Source: an uncultured virus (IMG/VR IMGVR_UViG_3300015608_003726)
Taxonomy: Duplodnaviria; Heunggongvirae; Uroviricota; Caudoviricetes
DNA: 64,000 bases
IMG/VR virus record: IMGVR_UViG_3300015608_003726
Strand: one strand, 5' to 3'
Numbering within the stretch: the stretch's first letter is position 1; every line of letters begins with the position of its first letter. Shown here piece by piece: positions 10,155-19,600 of this stretch. A program made the position numbers and the translations under genes. The notes beneath the pieces are model-generated. The model was not told where the DNA came from and did no database searches. It saw nothing but the letters and a program-made list of their open reading frames with translations.

Positions 10155-10808
10155 TCAAAAAGAAAGGTCGTTTAAATTATCAGGCTTCATATCAAGAACA
10201 TCTATATTTCTTAACGGGATTATCCTCGCATTACTAGGAATGCTATGTTTTTGCTCCTGAGAAGGAAGTATATCGTCTATTGATTCAGTTATAACTGGCG
10301 AGTTTTCAACAAATGATATAGAAATTGAATCCCTAGATTCTTCTCTTTTAACATAATCTGAAATATTATTATTTTTCTCTAATTCATCAAGAACTTTATT
10401 AAGCTTACTTTTATTGAATTGAATAACTTCTTCTCCAACTTCATCAAACTTACCTAAAGATTTTAAATGACCTGCAAGATTCTCTTCGTCGAGAATAGTC
10501 CATGTACCCTTTATTTTCTTGAGCGTAACTTTAGAAAAATCAGGAAAATCTAAAGTTTTGTCTTTATTCTTGGACATACATTCTGATATTGATTTTTTAA
10601 GAATTTCAATTCTTTGTTCTTGTGTTTTTATAGCATCATTTATAGGATTTATTCTTCTTTGTTTTAATTTCTTCAGAAAATCAATTTTCTTTTCTGCTGC
10701 AGAAATAACAACCAAAGCATCTTCTATTTGATCAGAATGGTCAAGAAACGATCTGCCTGCCAAAACTTCTTCTATAAAATTTTTATCTATAAAATGATTG
10801 TTATCCAT
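10155..10808 (-). CDS. Mu Gam / Gp157-like coiled-coil DNA end-protection protein
   Basis: Coiled coil followed by KTLDFPDFSKVTLKK...EVIQFNKSKLNK...ISISF pattern; located in the recombination module. Confidence 0.6.
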   Translation of the reverse strand: MDNNHFIDKNFIEEVLAGRSFLDHSDQIEDALVVISAAEKKIDFLKKLKQRRINPINDAIKTQEQRIEILKKSISECMSKNKDKTLDFPDFSKVTLKKIKGTWTILDEENLAGHLKSLGKFDEVGEEVIQFNKSKLNKVLDELEKNNNISDYVKREESRDSISISFVENSPVITESIDDILPSQEQKHSIPSNARIIPLRNIDVLDMKPDNLNDLSF

Positions 10809-10831
10809 AAAGCCCCTTTTATATTACTTCA

Positions 10832-11176
10832 TTACTGTTTCGTTACTGTATTAACGGCAAATTCTATTTTCATAATAATAGCTGTTTTTTCTGTGCCCTC
10901 AAAATCTGCAGTTCCAAAAGATCCTCTATTGACAAGATCTTGTCCTCTTTTTACGCACTCTGTTTGAGCTATACAAAAAGCCTTATACGCATTACCTATC
11001 GCAGCATTTCCTACGCATTTAAGTTTTGCATGACCATGCTTATTGACAACAGTCATAATCGCAGAAGCCAGCCCCTTAACATAATCTCTCGACTGATCTC
11101 TATTCCCGTCAAACGTTTTATCTCCTCTTACTTTAAGAATAGTTTGATCTACATTTGAATTCATCATATTTTCCAT
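10832..11176 (-). CDS. spoVS: Stage V sporulation protein S (SpoVS, Alba-like fold)
   Basis: ILKV...LASAI...HGHAKLKCVGNAAIGNAYKAFCIA...GQDL...SFGTADFEGTEKTAIIMKI aligns by eye with the SpoVS consensus (LKVS..VAGAL..AIGAGALNQAVKAVAIA..PAF..IDGEERTAI). Confidence 0.8.
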   Translation of the reverse strand: MENMMNSNVDQTILKVRGDKTFDGNRDQSRDYVKGLASAIMTVVNKHGHAKLKCVGNAAIGNAYKAFCIAQTECVKRGQDLVNRGSFGTADFEGTEKTAIIMKIEFAVNTVTKQ

Positions 11177-11187
11177 CTTATTCTCCT

Positions 11188-12219
11188 TTATTCAAAATCG
11201 CCATAGAATTTTTCTCTCAACTCAGATAGGTCTGGATGATCCCATATACTCTTTGTACCATCCTCCCCATGACATTTCGACTTAAAAGGACAATATCTAC
11301 ACTCGATAGAAGATTTCGCTTTCGGTCTTGGCGGAGGAAGTTTCTTAGAGTCAATCATATTTTTCATAGTCGATGCTTGCTCTTGTATCTTTTTCCACAA
11401 TTCAGGATTTTTATTTACTTCAAAAATTTTAACTCTTGAGTTGTCTTTGTTTTCATATATCAAAACTCCTTTTTCAAGTTTTAAAATATTGATATAAATA
11501 GTTAACTGAACTTTATATTCAAAATGCATTTTTTCTTGTATCTTACCATCAAAATCTCTTGAATTTATAGTTTTCATATCAACAACAACAGGATACTTAG
11601 GCAAATCTTTTGGATTAAAAAGAATATCAACAGGATTCCCTGTCTTATATAATGAAACATCAAAATTTGAAAAATCTAATATCTGATCTGCGTGACCATG
11701 AAAATTAAGATCGCTATTTTCTACTGATATTTCATGATAATCAAAATCAGAACAACCGCATACACAAGACTTTGGCTTATGACATCCTATTAAATTATCA
11801 TAGCCATATTTTCTAGAACCATGTTTTTGATAAAATTCTTTTGCATTATGAATGTTATTCAATGACAAAGATCCGTCTTCTTTAAACATATGGCACATCA
11901 TATTCCTACAATGCCAATATCCTCTCAAAACTCCTATATCTGAAAAATAATTAGCCCATCTATTATGCATAGTATGACCAGTATCAAAAATTCTAAGAGT
12001 TTCATTTGATTTTTTATCGTGTTCTCCTTTTATATATCCCATTTCTTCGTACAATTCATATTGCATTTTTCTAAGGCAACGTCCGTAACTTGATGGATGG
12101 TACACTAGGTGACTTCTTGGAGGTCCGTTTTTTGATCTCCATTGTAAATGAACATTAAGAGCATTCATTATGTTCTGTATTTCAGGAGATATTTTAGAAT
12201 CATCATTATTATTTAACAT
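11188..12219 (-). CDS. Cas4-like PD-(D/E)xK exonuclease with Fe-S staple
   Basis: HPSSYGRCLRK, GHTMH, FHGHADQI, VVDMKT, QLTIY, YENKD, C-terminal CRYCPFKSKC. Confidence 0.85.
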   Translation of the reverse strand: MLNNNDDSKISPEIQNIMNALNVHLQWRSKNGPPRSHLVYHPSSYGRCLRKMQYELYEEMGYIKGEHDKKSNETLRIFDTGHTMHNRWANYFSDIGVLRGYWHCRNMMCHMFKEDGSLSLNNIHNAKEFYQKHGSRKYGYDNLIGCHKPKSCVCGCSDFDYHEISVENSDLNFHGHADQILDFSNFDVSLYKTGNPVDILFNPKDLPKYPVVVDMKTINSRDFDGKIQEKMHFEYKVQLTIYINILKLEKGVLIYENKDNSRVKIFEVNKNPELWKKIQEQASTMKNMIDSKKLPPPRPKAKSSIECRYCPFKSKCHGEDGTKSIWDHPDLSELREKFYGDFE

Positions 12220-12920
12220 GCTTGTTTCTTTCTTGTTATTTCTTCTTTTGATTTTTTCATTATTTCTATAACTTTTAATTTTCCGTATTTCTCAACAAAC
12301 TGATCTGGATCTAAATTTTCGTTTATAAAAATTGGTATAAAATTAATTCCAAATAAAGACAAATTCAATTCTTCATACATATTCATCGCTCTTTCCGAAG
12401 CCTTATTCCCTGCGTCGTCAGGATCAAACCATAAATAAAAATCTGTACAATATCTACGAAGCAAGCAAACATGATCTATACTAAAAGCTCCTCCAAGAGC
12501 AGCCACAGTAATACTCAGACCATGTTTATGCATAACGTGAGTATCAAATTGTCCTTCAACAACAATAACCTTATTAAACCTAAATATATCATTCTTAGAA
12601 ACATTAAGACCATATAAATATTTTGTTTTATCAAAGCTTTCATGCCAATGAGGTAAATATGCTTCTTTAGAAAAGTCTCTTGTTGTTAAACATACTAATT
12701 TATTATGCTGATCAAATAAGGGCATAATTATCCTTCCAGATAAATTATGCCCTGCTTCTTTTGGAACATATCCTATATTAAACTTTTTTATAATATCATT
12801 TGTAATTCCTCTGTTATGTAGATAATCTAGAGCATCCTTGCTGTCTGATGAATGAAAAAATATTTCATCCTCAGACCACTCTTGAATTGTTTTTCTATCT
12901 ACATCAGAAAACGTCATCAT
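12213..12920 (-). CDS. dnaG: DNA primase catalytic core (DnaG N-terminal + TOPRIM), lacking the zinc-binding domain
   Basis: YLHNRGI, FNIGY, RIIMPL, KYLYGL, VVEGQFD, FDPDDAG, LDPD. Confidence 0.9.
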   Translation of the reverse strand: MMTFSDVDRKTIQEWSEDEIFFHSSDSKDALDYLHNRGITNDIIKKFNIGYVPKEAGHNLSGRIIMPLFDQHNKLVCLTTRDFSKEAYLPHWHESFDKTKYLYGLNVSKNDIFRFNKVIVVEGQFDTHVMHKHGLSITVAALGGAFSIDHVCLLRRYCTDFYLWFDPDDAGNKASERAMNMYEELNLSLFGINFIPIFINENLDPDQFVEKYGKLKVIEIMKKSKEEITRKKQAC

Positions 12921-12934
12921 ATATATTCTTTCGT

Positions 12935-14167
12935 CTACAAATTCAAATCATCCATATGAACCACTTCTTGATCTACCTGCTTTTCTGTTTTCTTCTTATT
13001 ATTTTTTTTACTCTTAGGTGTTTCATCTATCTTTATTTCATCTGTCTCTGTTTCTCCTGATTTATTTTTTTCCATATATGTCAATATTTCAGGAGGTAAT
13101 GCAAATTCTTTTTCTTCTGCTTTTTGTATAACATCTTGAACAAGTTGCTTTAGAGCATTTGTATCTGATGCTATTTTTGACATAAAAGCAGATTTCCCTA
13201 TTTCTTTAATATCGCCATATGAATATGTATTTTTATGTATTCGTATAACATTTAATTGCCTACCAGTATTGAATAAATGGTCTGCAAAATTAGGAAAATA
13301 GAATTTATAGTAAATAGGTATTTCTATAGAATCTCTCACAGGAGCCGCAAAGCGATTTTTCTTAATCATAACATATGCCTTGCCTCCGACTACTTCTGTT
13401 TCTCCATTTTCATTTTCTATTTCAATAATAGAGGATTTACCATTTGCCTTAGAAACCTTAAGCCTTACAGAACAAGCATGTTTTAAAGCTCTTCCTCCTG
13501 GAGTTGTTTCCGGGTCTCCCCATAAAACTCCAATCTTTTCTCTCAACTGATTTATAAATACGCATAATACTTTATGCTTCGATGCATAGTTAGCAAGTTT
13601 CGGCAAATGAGTAGAAAGTGTTCTAGCTAAAGCTCCAACTGACATCTTATCAGCATCATGCTCCATTGTATATTTAGGAGACATAAATGCAACAGAATCT
13701 AAAACAACAACCTGAATTTTCCCGCTCTTACATACAGCAATCATTTTATCAATAATAGCTTCTGCATCATCGACTTTTTCAGGATCATCTGCGTGAGTTA
13801 AATCTGCATATGCAACATCATCTACATTAACACCATTTATTTTCGCTAATTGTTCTGAAAAACTGTGTTCTGTATCTATCCAGGCACACCTATATCCCAT
13901 TTTTTGAGCATTACCTACAATACGATAAGCTATACTTGATTTTCCTCCGCCTTCTTCTCCATATATTTCAATAAGCTTACCAAGAGGAACTCCTCCTTGC
14001 ATAAGCATTTCATTATCTGAAGAAGAATTATCAGGATCTTGCAATACTCCTCTCGCTATAGCAAAATCTAATTGAGGATGACCAGTAGGTATAAAAACAA
14101 GACTACCAACATCTGCTCCTAAAGTAAAACCATCAAGACCTTCTATAACGCTTGCTTTTTTAGCCAT
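12935..14167 (-). CDS. recA: RecA recombinase
   Basis: IPTGHPQLD, IEIYGEEGGGKS, IDTEH, VVLDSVA, FINQLREKIGV, ETTPGGRALK, KNRFAAP. Confidence 0.95.
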   Translation of the reverse strand: MAKKASVIEGLDGFTLGADVGSLVFIPTGHPQLDFAIARGVLQDPDNSSSDNEMLMQGGVPLGKLIEIYGEEGGGKSSIAYRIVGNAQKMGYRCAWIDTEHSFSEQLAKINGVNVDDVAYADLTHADDPEKVDDAEAIIDKMIAVCKSGKIQVVVLDSVAFMSPKYTMEHDADKMSVGALARTLSTHLPKLANYASKHKVLCVFINQLREKIGVLWGDPETTPGGRALKHACSVRLKVSKANGKSSIIEIENENGETEVVGGKAYVMIKKNRFAAPVRDSIEIPIYYKFYFPNFADHLFNTGRQLNVIRIHKNTYSYGDIKEIGKSAFMSKIASDTNALKQLVQDVIQKAEEKEFALPPEILTYMEKNKSGETETDEIKIDETPKSKKNNKKKTEKQVDQEVVHMDDLNL

Positions 14168-14188
14168 TAAATATTCTCCTTTTTATAA

Positions 14189-14231
14189 AAATAACAAATG
14201 CCGCACCACAGGCATGCGGCACTCGTTATTT
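14189..14231 (-). terminator. Probable rho-independent terminator between the SSB gene and recA
   Basis: Minus strand AAATAACGAG-TGCCGCA-TGCCTGTGG-TGCGGCA-TTTGTTATTT: 7-bp GC-rich core stem extended by G-U/A-U pairs, with a U-rich tail. Confidence 0.7.
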
Positions 14232-14263
14232 AAAAACATTTTTATAAACAATCTATTGCTATA

Positions 14264-14926
14264 TTAGAAAGACATTTCTTCATCATCAAAAGATGATGCA
14301 CCCTTACTAGCAACAGGAGAACTATCGTTATCAAAATCATCCGACTTGCTTGCTTTCTTAGGAGCAACAAACCCAAGCTTCTCTTCTATCTGGTCAACTG
14401 GAGTTGGAGCAAATTCCTTATCCAAATTGTAAAGCTTACCATCTGGTCCTGAACTCTTGATCATTGCTTTTTCTTCATCTGTAACAGGCGTAGGACCATT
14501 ACAAGATACAGAATATCTTGTTCTACGCTTATCTCCGCCAGGAATTTCAATCATGACAGAAAAATCTCCGCCTTGACCAGAACCTGGTGTTACCTTGTCG
14601 TTGTCCCATGCAACATTAATATCTGCAAAAAGACTATAAGGACCTTCAAGAATCTTCAACTTACCATCAGCTCTATCAATGACATTGACAGCTGCCCTCT
14701 TGCGAGGCGTTTCTCCGTGTTTCTGCGCTACGGGGCAATTGTCTGGATCGTCCGTAATAGCACTAAGAGTCTTGCCTTCTGAATTCTTTACATAATAACG
14801 ATAGAAGACAACTGGATCTCCAAGCGGTCTAAAACGATTCTTCTTTTCAGCCTTAAGCTTATAGAATTTATCAGATCCGCCATTGTTACCCTTATTCAAA
14901 TTACCCCATACATGTTTAGTCGCCAT
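14264..14926 (-). CDS. Phage single-stranded DNA-binding protein (gp32-like)
   Basis: FYKLK..NRFRPL, CPV, NVIDRADGKLKILE, DF..RYSV, acidic tail FDDEEMSF; strong AAGGAG RBS; adjacent to recA. Confidence 0.8.
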   Translation of the reverse strand: MATKHVWGNLNKGNNGGSDKFYKLKAEKKNRFRPLGDPVVFYRYYVKNSEGKTLSAITDDPDNCPVAQKHGETPRKRAAVNVIDRADGKLKILEGPYSLFADINVAWDNDKVTPGSGQGGDFSVMIEIPGGDKRRTRYSVSCNGPTPVTDEEKAMIKSSGPDGKLYNLDKEFAPTPVDQIEEKLGFVAPKKASKSDDFDNDSSPVASKGASSFDDEEMSF

Positions 14927-14934
14927 AAAAAACT

Positions 14935-14996
14935 CCTTTAATCTCTATTTTCTCTAATCTCTTTTTCTCTAGATCTCTATTTTTTTATCTCTTTTT
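14935..14996 (-). repeat. Purine-rich AGAGA(T) repeats in the SSB leader
   Basis: Minus strand AAAAAGAGATAAAAAAATAGAGATCTAGAGAAAAAGAGATTAGAGAAAATAGAGATTAAAGGAG directly before the RBS. Confidence 0.6.
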
Positions 14997-15126
14997 ATCA
15001 TTAAATATGAAAAATAAGCATTAAAAAAATCATACAAAATCATAACCATATAAATATAAACATTAAAAATAAATATATATCAATAAATAATATTAACATT
15101 ACATAAGTCACCTCCGCATTGGTATT

Positions 15127-16263
15127 TTATTTTTTCCTTATATCATTCCAGGAAACCTTACCTGTTTTCGACTCTACTTCTATCGTCCTCTTTGACGTTT
15201 TCATTACGTTTTCCACGTTGTTTAATGAATCATATTCTTCTAATAAAGCCTTCTGAGCAGGAGACTTATTGACATTAAATGGAATACCATAATTTGTAGA
15301 ATTTGAATTTTGATATTTCTCCAATTCTTTTTGAGGCATAATAACTGTAATTTGTCTACTCAATGAATCATATGCCTTGTCTAGGTTGTTCATAACTGAA
15401 GTGCAATTACTCTTGATGCCTTTGAGTCTAGATAGATAATCCTCAACATCTCTTAAATGTATGTAATGCATTCCTGTTTGACGTTCCTTGGGTTTTTCAT
15501 ATTGAGTGAGAGCAAGAAGCCCCTGCAAATGCTCAACAACCATAGACCACCAAGAGAGCTGAGGATCAACTTCAAGAGTGATTTGAGTTACTCTGTTTCT
15601 CCAATCCGATATAGCTTTAATTTTTTCATTCACAACAGAAGTATCATCAGTAGGATTCCATATAGGAACAAAAGCTTGTTTCAGTTCTTCTTGATACTTC
15701 TCAAATGGTATAAAACCAATACTACGCAATCTATTGATCTTAGATACTTTATGTTCATAAAACTTATTAAATTTAGGAGAACTACTACTTAAAACCCATC
15801 CCTCCAGCGAAGAGTCTCCTACGTTTGATATATCGAATGTATCCCGAATCTCGTTCTGACTCTCTTCATTTTCTTCGTCGTCAGCATTTTTACTATCAAC
15901 GGCCTGTTGGTGTACCACTTGATCGGAATCATTATGTTCCGAGGTCTCTGTCTCAGCATCTTTAATTTGTTGTTCTTGATATTCAGCAACCTTTTCTTCA
16001 TTCGATTTACTCTCTTTCGATTGAATAGTTTGCTCTTTCTTAGGTTCTTCTACAAAATCATATTCTTCTGATTCTTTTGATGGCTCTATAGTTTTTTTAA
16101 GTACAGATACCTTATCTTCATAAGAATCGGTATATACACCTTTTCCTATTTCAGCATAAGCATTATCCTGAACGTCTTCTTCTCCTCCTACGTTCGTTAT
16201 ATTGCTACCATCTGTAGGAATATTAAAAATTTCGTTTAACCAATCAGCAGAATTATCGCTCAT
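15127..16263 (-). CDS. Hypothetical protein (acidic N-terminus, helical core; possibly UvsY-like recombination mediator)
   Basis: 378 aa; D/E-rich disordered N-terminus; helical C-terminal core ending LDKAYDSLSRQIT; next to the SSB gene. Confidence 0.45.
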   Translation of the reverse strand: MSDNSADWLNEIFNIPTDGSNITNVGGEEDVQDNAYAEIGKGVYTDSYEDKVSVLKKTIEPSKESEEYDFVEEPKKEQTIQSKESKSNEEKVAEYQEQQIKDAETETSEHNDSDQVVHQQAVDSKNADDEENEESQNEIRDTFDISNVGDSSLEGWVLSSSSPKFNKFYEHKVSKINRLRSIGFIPFEKYQEELKQAFVPIWNPTDDTSVVNEKIKAISDWRNRVTQITLEVDPQLSWWSMVVEHLQGLLALTQYEKPKERQTGMHYIHLRDVEDYLSRLKGIKSNCTSVMNNLDKAYDSLSRQITVIMPQKELEKYQNSNSTNYGIPFNVNKSPAQKALLEEYDSLNNVENVMKTSKRTIEVESKTGKVSWNDIRKK

Positions 16264-16282
16264 AAATCTCTCTCTATTATAT

Positions 16283-16612
16283 TCAACTTAAACTATCAAA
16301 ATCATTCTCTTTTTTGGCATTTGATTCTTCTTTTTGATCAAAATTTTGCAAAGAAGAAAGACCTAAACCGGATACTACGCTTTTAAAAGTCTGTATAAAA
16401 TCTGCCTGTATATATTCGTCAAATTTTCTTGTTTTATTCCATAATTCATCTTTGCTAGACCAGTCAATCTCTTGTTGCCAAGTTCCTCCAACATCTAAAG
16501 TTTCATATGGAGCTGTATTTATTTTTCTAGAAATTGTACGAGTAACAACTGTTTTTCTGGACTCTACATCTTTATTATTATCATTATTTGCCATATCAAA
16601 ACCCCTTTTCAC
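16283..16612 (-). CDS. Hypothetical protein
   Basis: 109-aa ORF (may start at MANND); motif RKINTAPYETLDV. Confidence 0.65.
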   Translation of the reverse strand: MKRGFDMANNDNNKDVESRKTVVTRTISRKINTAPYETLDVGGTWQQEIDWSSKDELWNKTRKFDEYIQADFIQTFKSVVSGLGLSSLQNFDQKEESNAKKENDFDSLS

Positions 16613-19600
16613 ATGTTAAATATATCAACGTCTTCTACGCCCTTTTTTAAAGCCTTTTTAAGATCTTCTCTTATAACACAAAAATCATCTACTATATTTT
16701 TCTTATTTTTGTCTCTATCAAAAAAACCAGCTTGATACAAAGCCTCTATCGCTTTTTTGTCTACAGATTTTGCTTCTGTTTTTGCTGCAAAATCTCTAAG
16801 ATCCTTATACTTCTGATGCTTTACAATCGACTCTGCAGCAGCAGAAGAAAGACCCTTACACATAATAGATGGACAAATAGACGAGCGATAGACGCCGCTT
16901 GACAAGTCTTTTTCTGCAGAAATTTGATAATCTATTTTACATTTATTAATTGATCTAGGAAGTATATCTATACCCATCCTCTCAGCCTCTTGTTCTAGCT
17001 GTTCTACTCTTTCGTGTTTAGAACGTTTACTTTCTACATTTAAATAACAACACATAAATACTTCTGGAAAATTTGCTTTCAAATAAGCTGTTATATAAGA
17101 AAGATTTGCATAAGCACACGAGTGGCTATTGCTTGTACAAATACCATTAGTTAACAAAAAATTATGGGTAGAACAGGACACTTCAAGATCATACATCCTT
17201 TGCTTGCCCACGGGCTGGATTCGTATAATTTGCCTAGACACCAAATGCCCGGTTTCGGAGATTTTAGCATAGAATCCATTATCAAAAACCACTCCTCTTT
17301 CATCTCTCCGCTTGAACTTTTGAAACATTCCATAGAAATTCTTATGAGCATTATATTCCTTCTCAAAGCCTCTATATTCAGCATTTCGTCTCTCTCTTGA
17401 GTAGTTTTCAAATCTCTTGTATCGTTTCTTTTTCTGTGAAATTTTGGATGAGGAAAGAAATGGTAAAACCCATCTACTTCTATCCATATATTTTCTTTTA
17501 CAAAATCCACTTGTTTTTGACGATCTCCACAACGAACTCTCTGAGATTCCCATTTGATTTTGTTTCTTAGCCACGTCTCCATTCTTGATACTTTTGGACT
17601 TTTCTGGGCCGCAAAAATACATTCTTTGAATTTTTCCGGATTGGATTCTCTCCATTTTCTTAACGTTTCTGAACGAGAAGCTAAAATCTCTGGTCTTGAC
17701 GATGTTCTTTTTGCAGTTTCTGAAAGTATAGCTTTTATTTTTGGAGATTGATTGTTTTTGTTTAATATTTTCATACGATTTATAATATTTTGTTTTTTGA
17801 TGTCTTGGCATTTTTGACATTCTTTTTGATGTTGAATCTTTGTTGATAAAGTAGCACAAGTTATTCCGCATCTTGAAACATGAACCACTATCTCGCCAGA
17901 TGGTTTCTTTTTCCAAGCCAAAGATCGACATATTTTGCATGATGATTGATGTATTTTTTTCTGCCTTATCGATAATACTGTTTGACCGCATCTTGCATGG
18001 CATATTATTGCTTTCATATAAAGAATCTCCTTCTTCATAGTGAGTTCCGTAAATAGAAAGCCCATTCCTCCAAATATGCCAAAGAGGAAGTTGACCTTTT
18101 GAGGTTAAAAACTTATGATCAATACTACATATAACTTCGCTATTATCATCAAAAATAACTCTATATCCATCCAAAAAACCATGATCATGCAAATTAACTA
18201 CATTAGTTAATTCAATTTCTCCATTTTCATTAATACAAAAAACTTTATCTCCAGGCATAAAATTCTTCAATTCCTTATTTCCATCCGGCGTTCTTATAGA
18301 AGTATTTTCGAGCATACTTTTGTTGAATCCGTAAGAGGCAAAGGGAGTTATAAATTTATCCCAATACTCAGCAGAAAGATCTTTATTTATATTCTTATCA
18401 CAGCATCCTTGTATAAAATTATTCCTATATTTTTTTAGTAATGTTTCATTTTTCTTTCCGACAGCTTTAATAACTCCATAACCATCAGAAATAGAAAAGC
18501 CAGCAAGAGAATTACATATTTGCATTAAAGTTTCTTGATAACAAATAATTCCATAAGTGCTTTCTAAATATGGCTTAACATAAGATTCTATTGATTTATG
18601 ATAATAAGAAATAGGTTCTAATTTTCTTTTTCTATTTGCATACGAAGGAATCGAAGAAAGAGGACCTGGTCTATATAAAGCTATAATAGCAATAATATCT
18701 TCAAACCTATCGCATCCAACTTGTACGAAAGTTTTCTGCATACCAGGCTCTTCTGCCTGAAATACTCCTATAAGATTTCCTGATTGATAAAGATCAAATG
18801 TTTTTTTGTCTTTAAGATCTAAGTTTTTAATGTCTATAGATATATCATATCTTTCTTTGATCATTTTTAAACATTCAGAAACTACAGTTAAAGTACTAAT
18901 AGCTAAAATATCAAATTTAATAAGACCAAGAGTTTCTAAATCTTCATTTGTATATTGAGTGGCATATACTACCGCATCTTCTCCTTCATCATTTTCTTTA
19001 ATAATTTTTGTCTGTCTTAGTGGAGCTATATCAGATAGTGGTACATCGCACAAACAAACTCCAGCGGGATGAACTGAATATATAGAAAGAAGTCCCTCAA
19101 TATATTGCGAGTGCTTAAGTATATCTGGATATTGATCCATATAAAACGCAAACTCAGGACACCATTTATAAGCATCCTTAACAGATTTAATAACATGTTC
19201 TTCTCCATTGTCATCGGTAACTTTAAGAACAGCTCCTCTTTGAGGAGGAAGAGAATTTACAATCTCGTCTGCTTTTTCATTAGCCTCTGATTCCCACTCT
19301 TTGCTTATCTTGCCTTCTCCCCTTACATATCTGCTAATATCTGAAGAAGTATTGTATTTAAAAAATGATTTAGTAGGATCAAGAGACTTAACAGATCTAC
19401 GAATATAAGATTTCATTTTCATGGCCTGATATGTGCCAATGTTACCGACTCTTTCTTGACCGTATTTTTCAATCAAATACGAATATATTTCAGATCTACG
19501 TTCGTAGTCAAAATCAGTGTCAATATCGGGAAATCCAACTCTTGCGAATGATCTTCTTTTTGGTAAAAAATTATCTGATGTAGGTTTTTTATTTGTCAAT

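Larger units (their letters stand above)
17128..18318 (-). mobile_element. Intein (397 aa) in DnaE at FNK|SH; Ser1, ends Ser-Asn; no in-frame endonuclease
   Basis: FNK|SMLENTSIRTPDG ... ICSIDHKFLTSKG (block B) ... MYDLEVSCSTHNFLLTNGICTSN|SH. The central region in the intein frame has no recognisable domain. Confidence 0.92.

Noticed and set aside
11188..12219. CRISPR-Cas locus
   Set aside because: Only a solo Cas4-like nuclease; no repeat-spacer array or other cas genes seen.
17128..18318. Group I intron or frameshift explanation for the nested nuclease
   Set aside because: The DnaE frame is fully open with intact intein termini, and the nested ORF has its own RBS and stop; no intron core is apparent. 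A sequencing artefact can only be excluded with reads.
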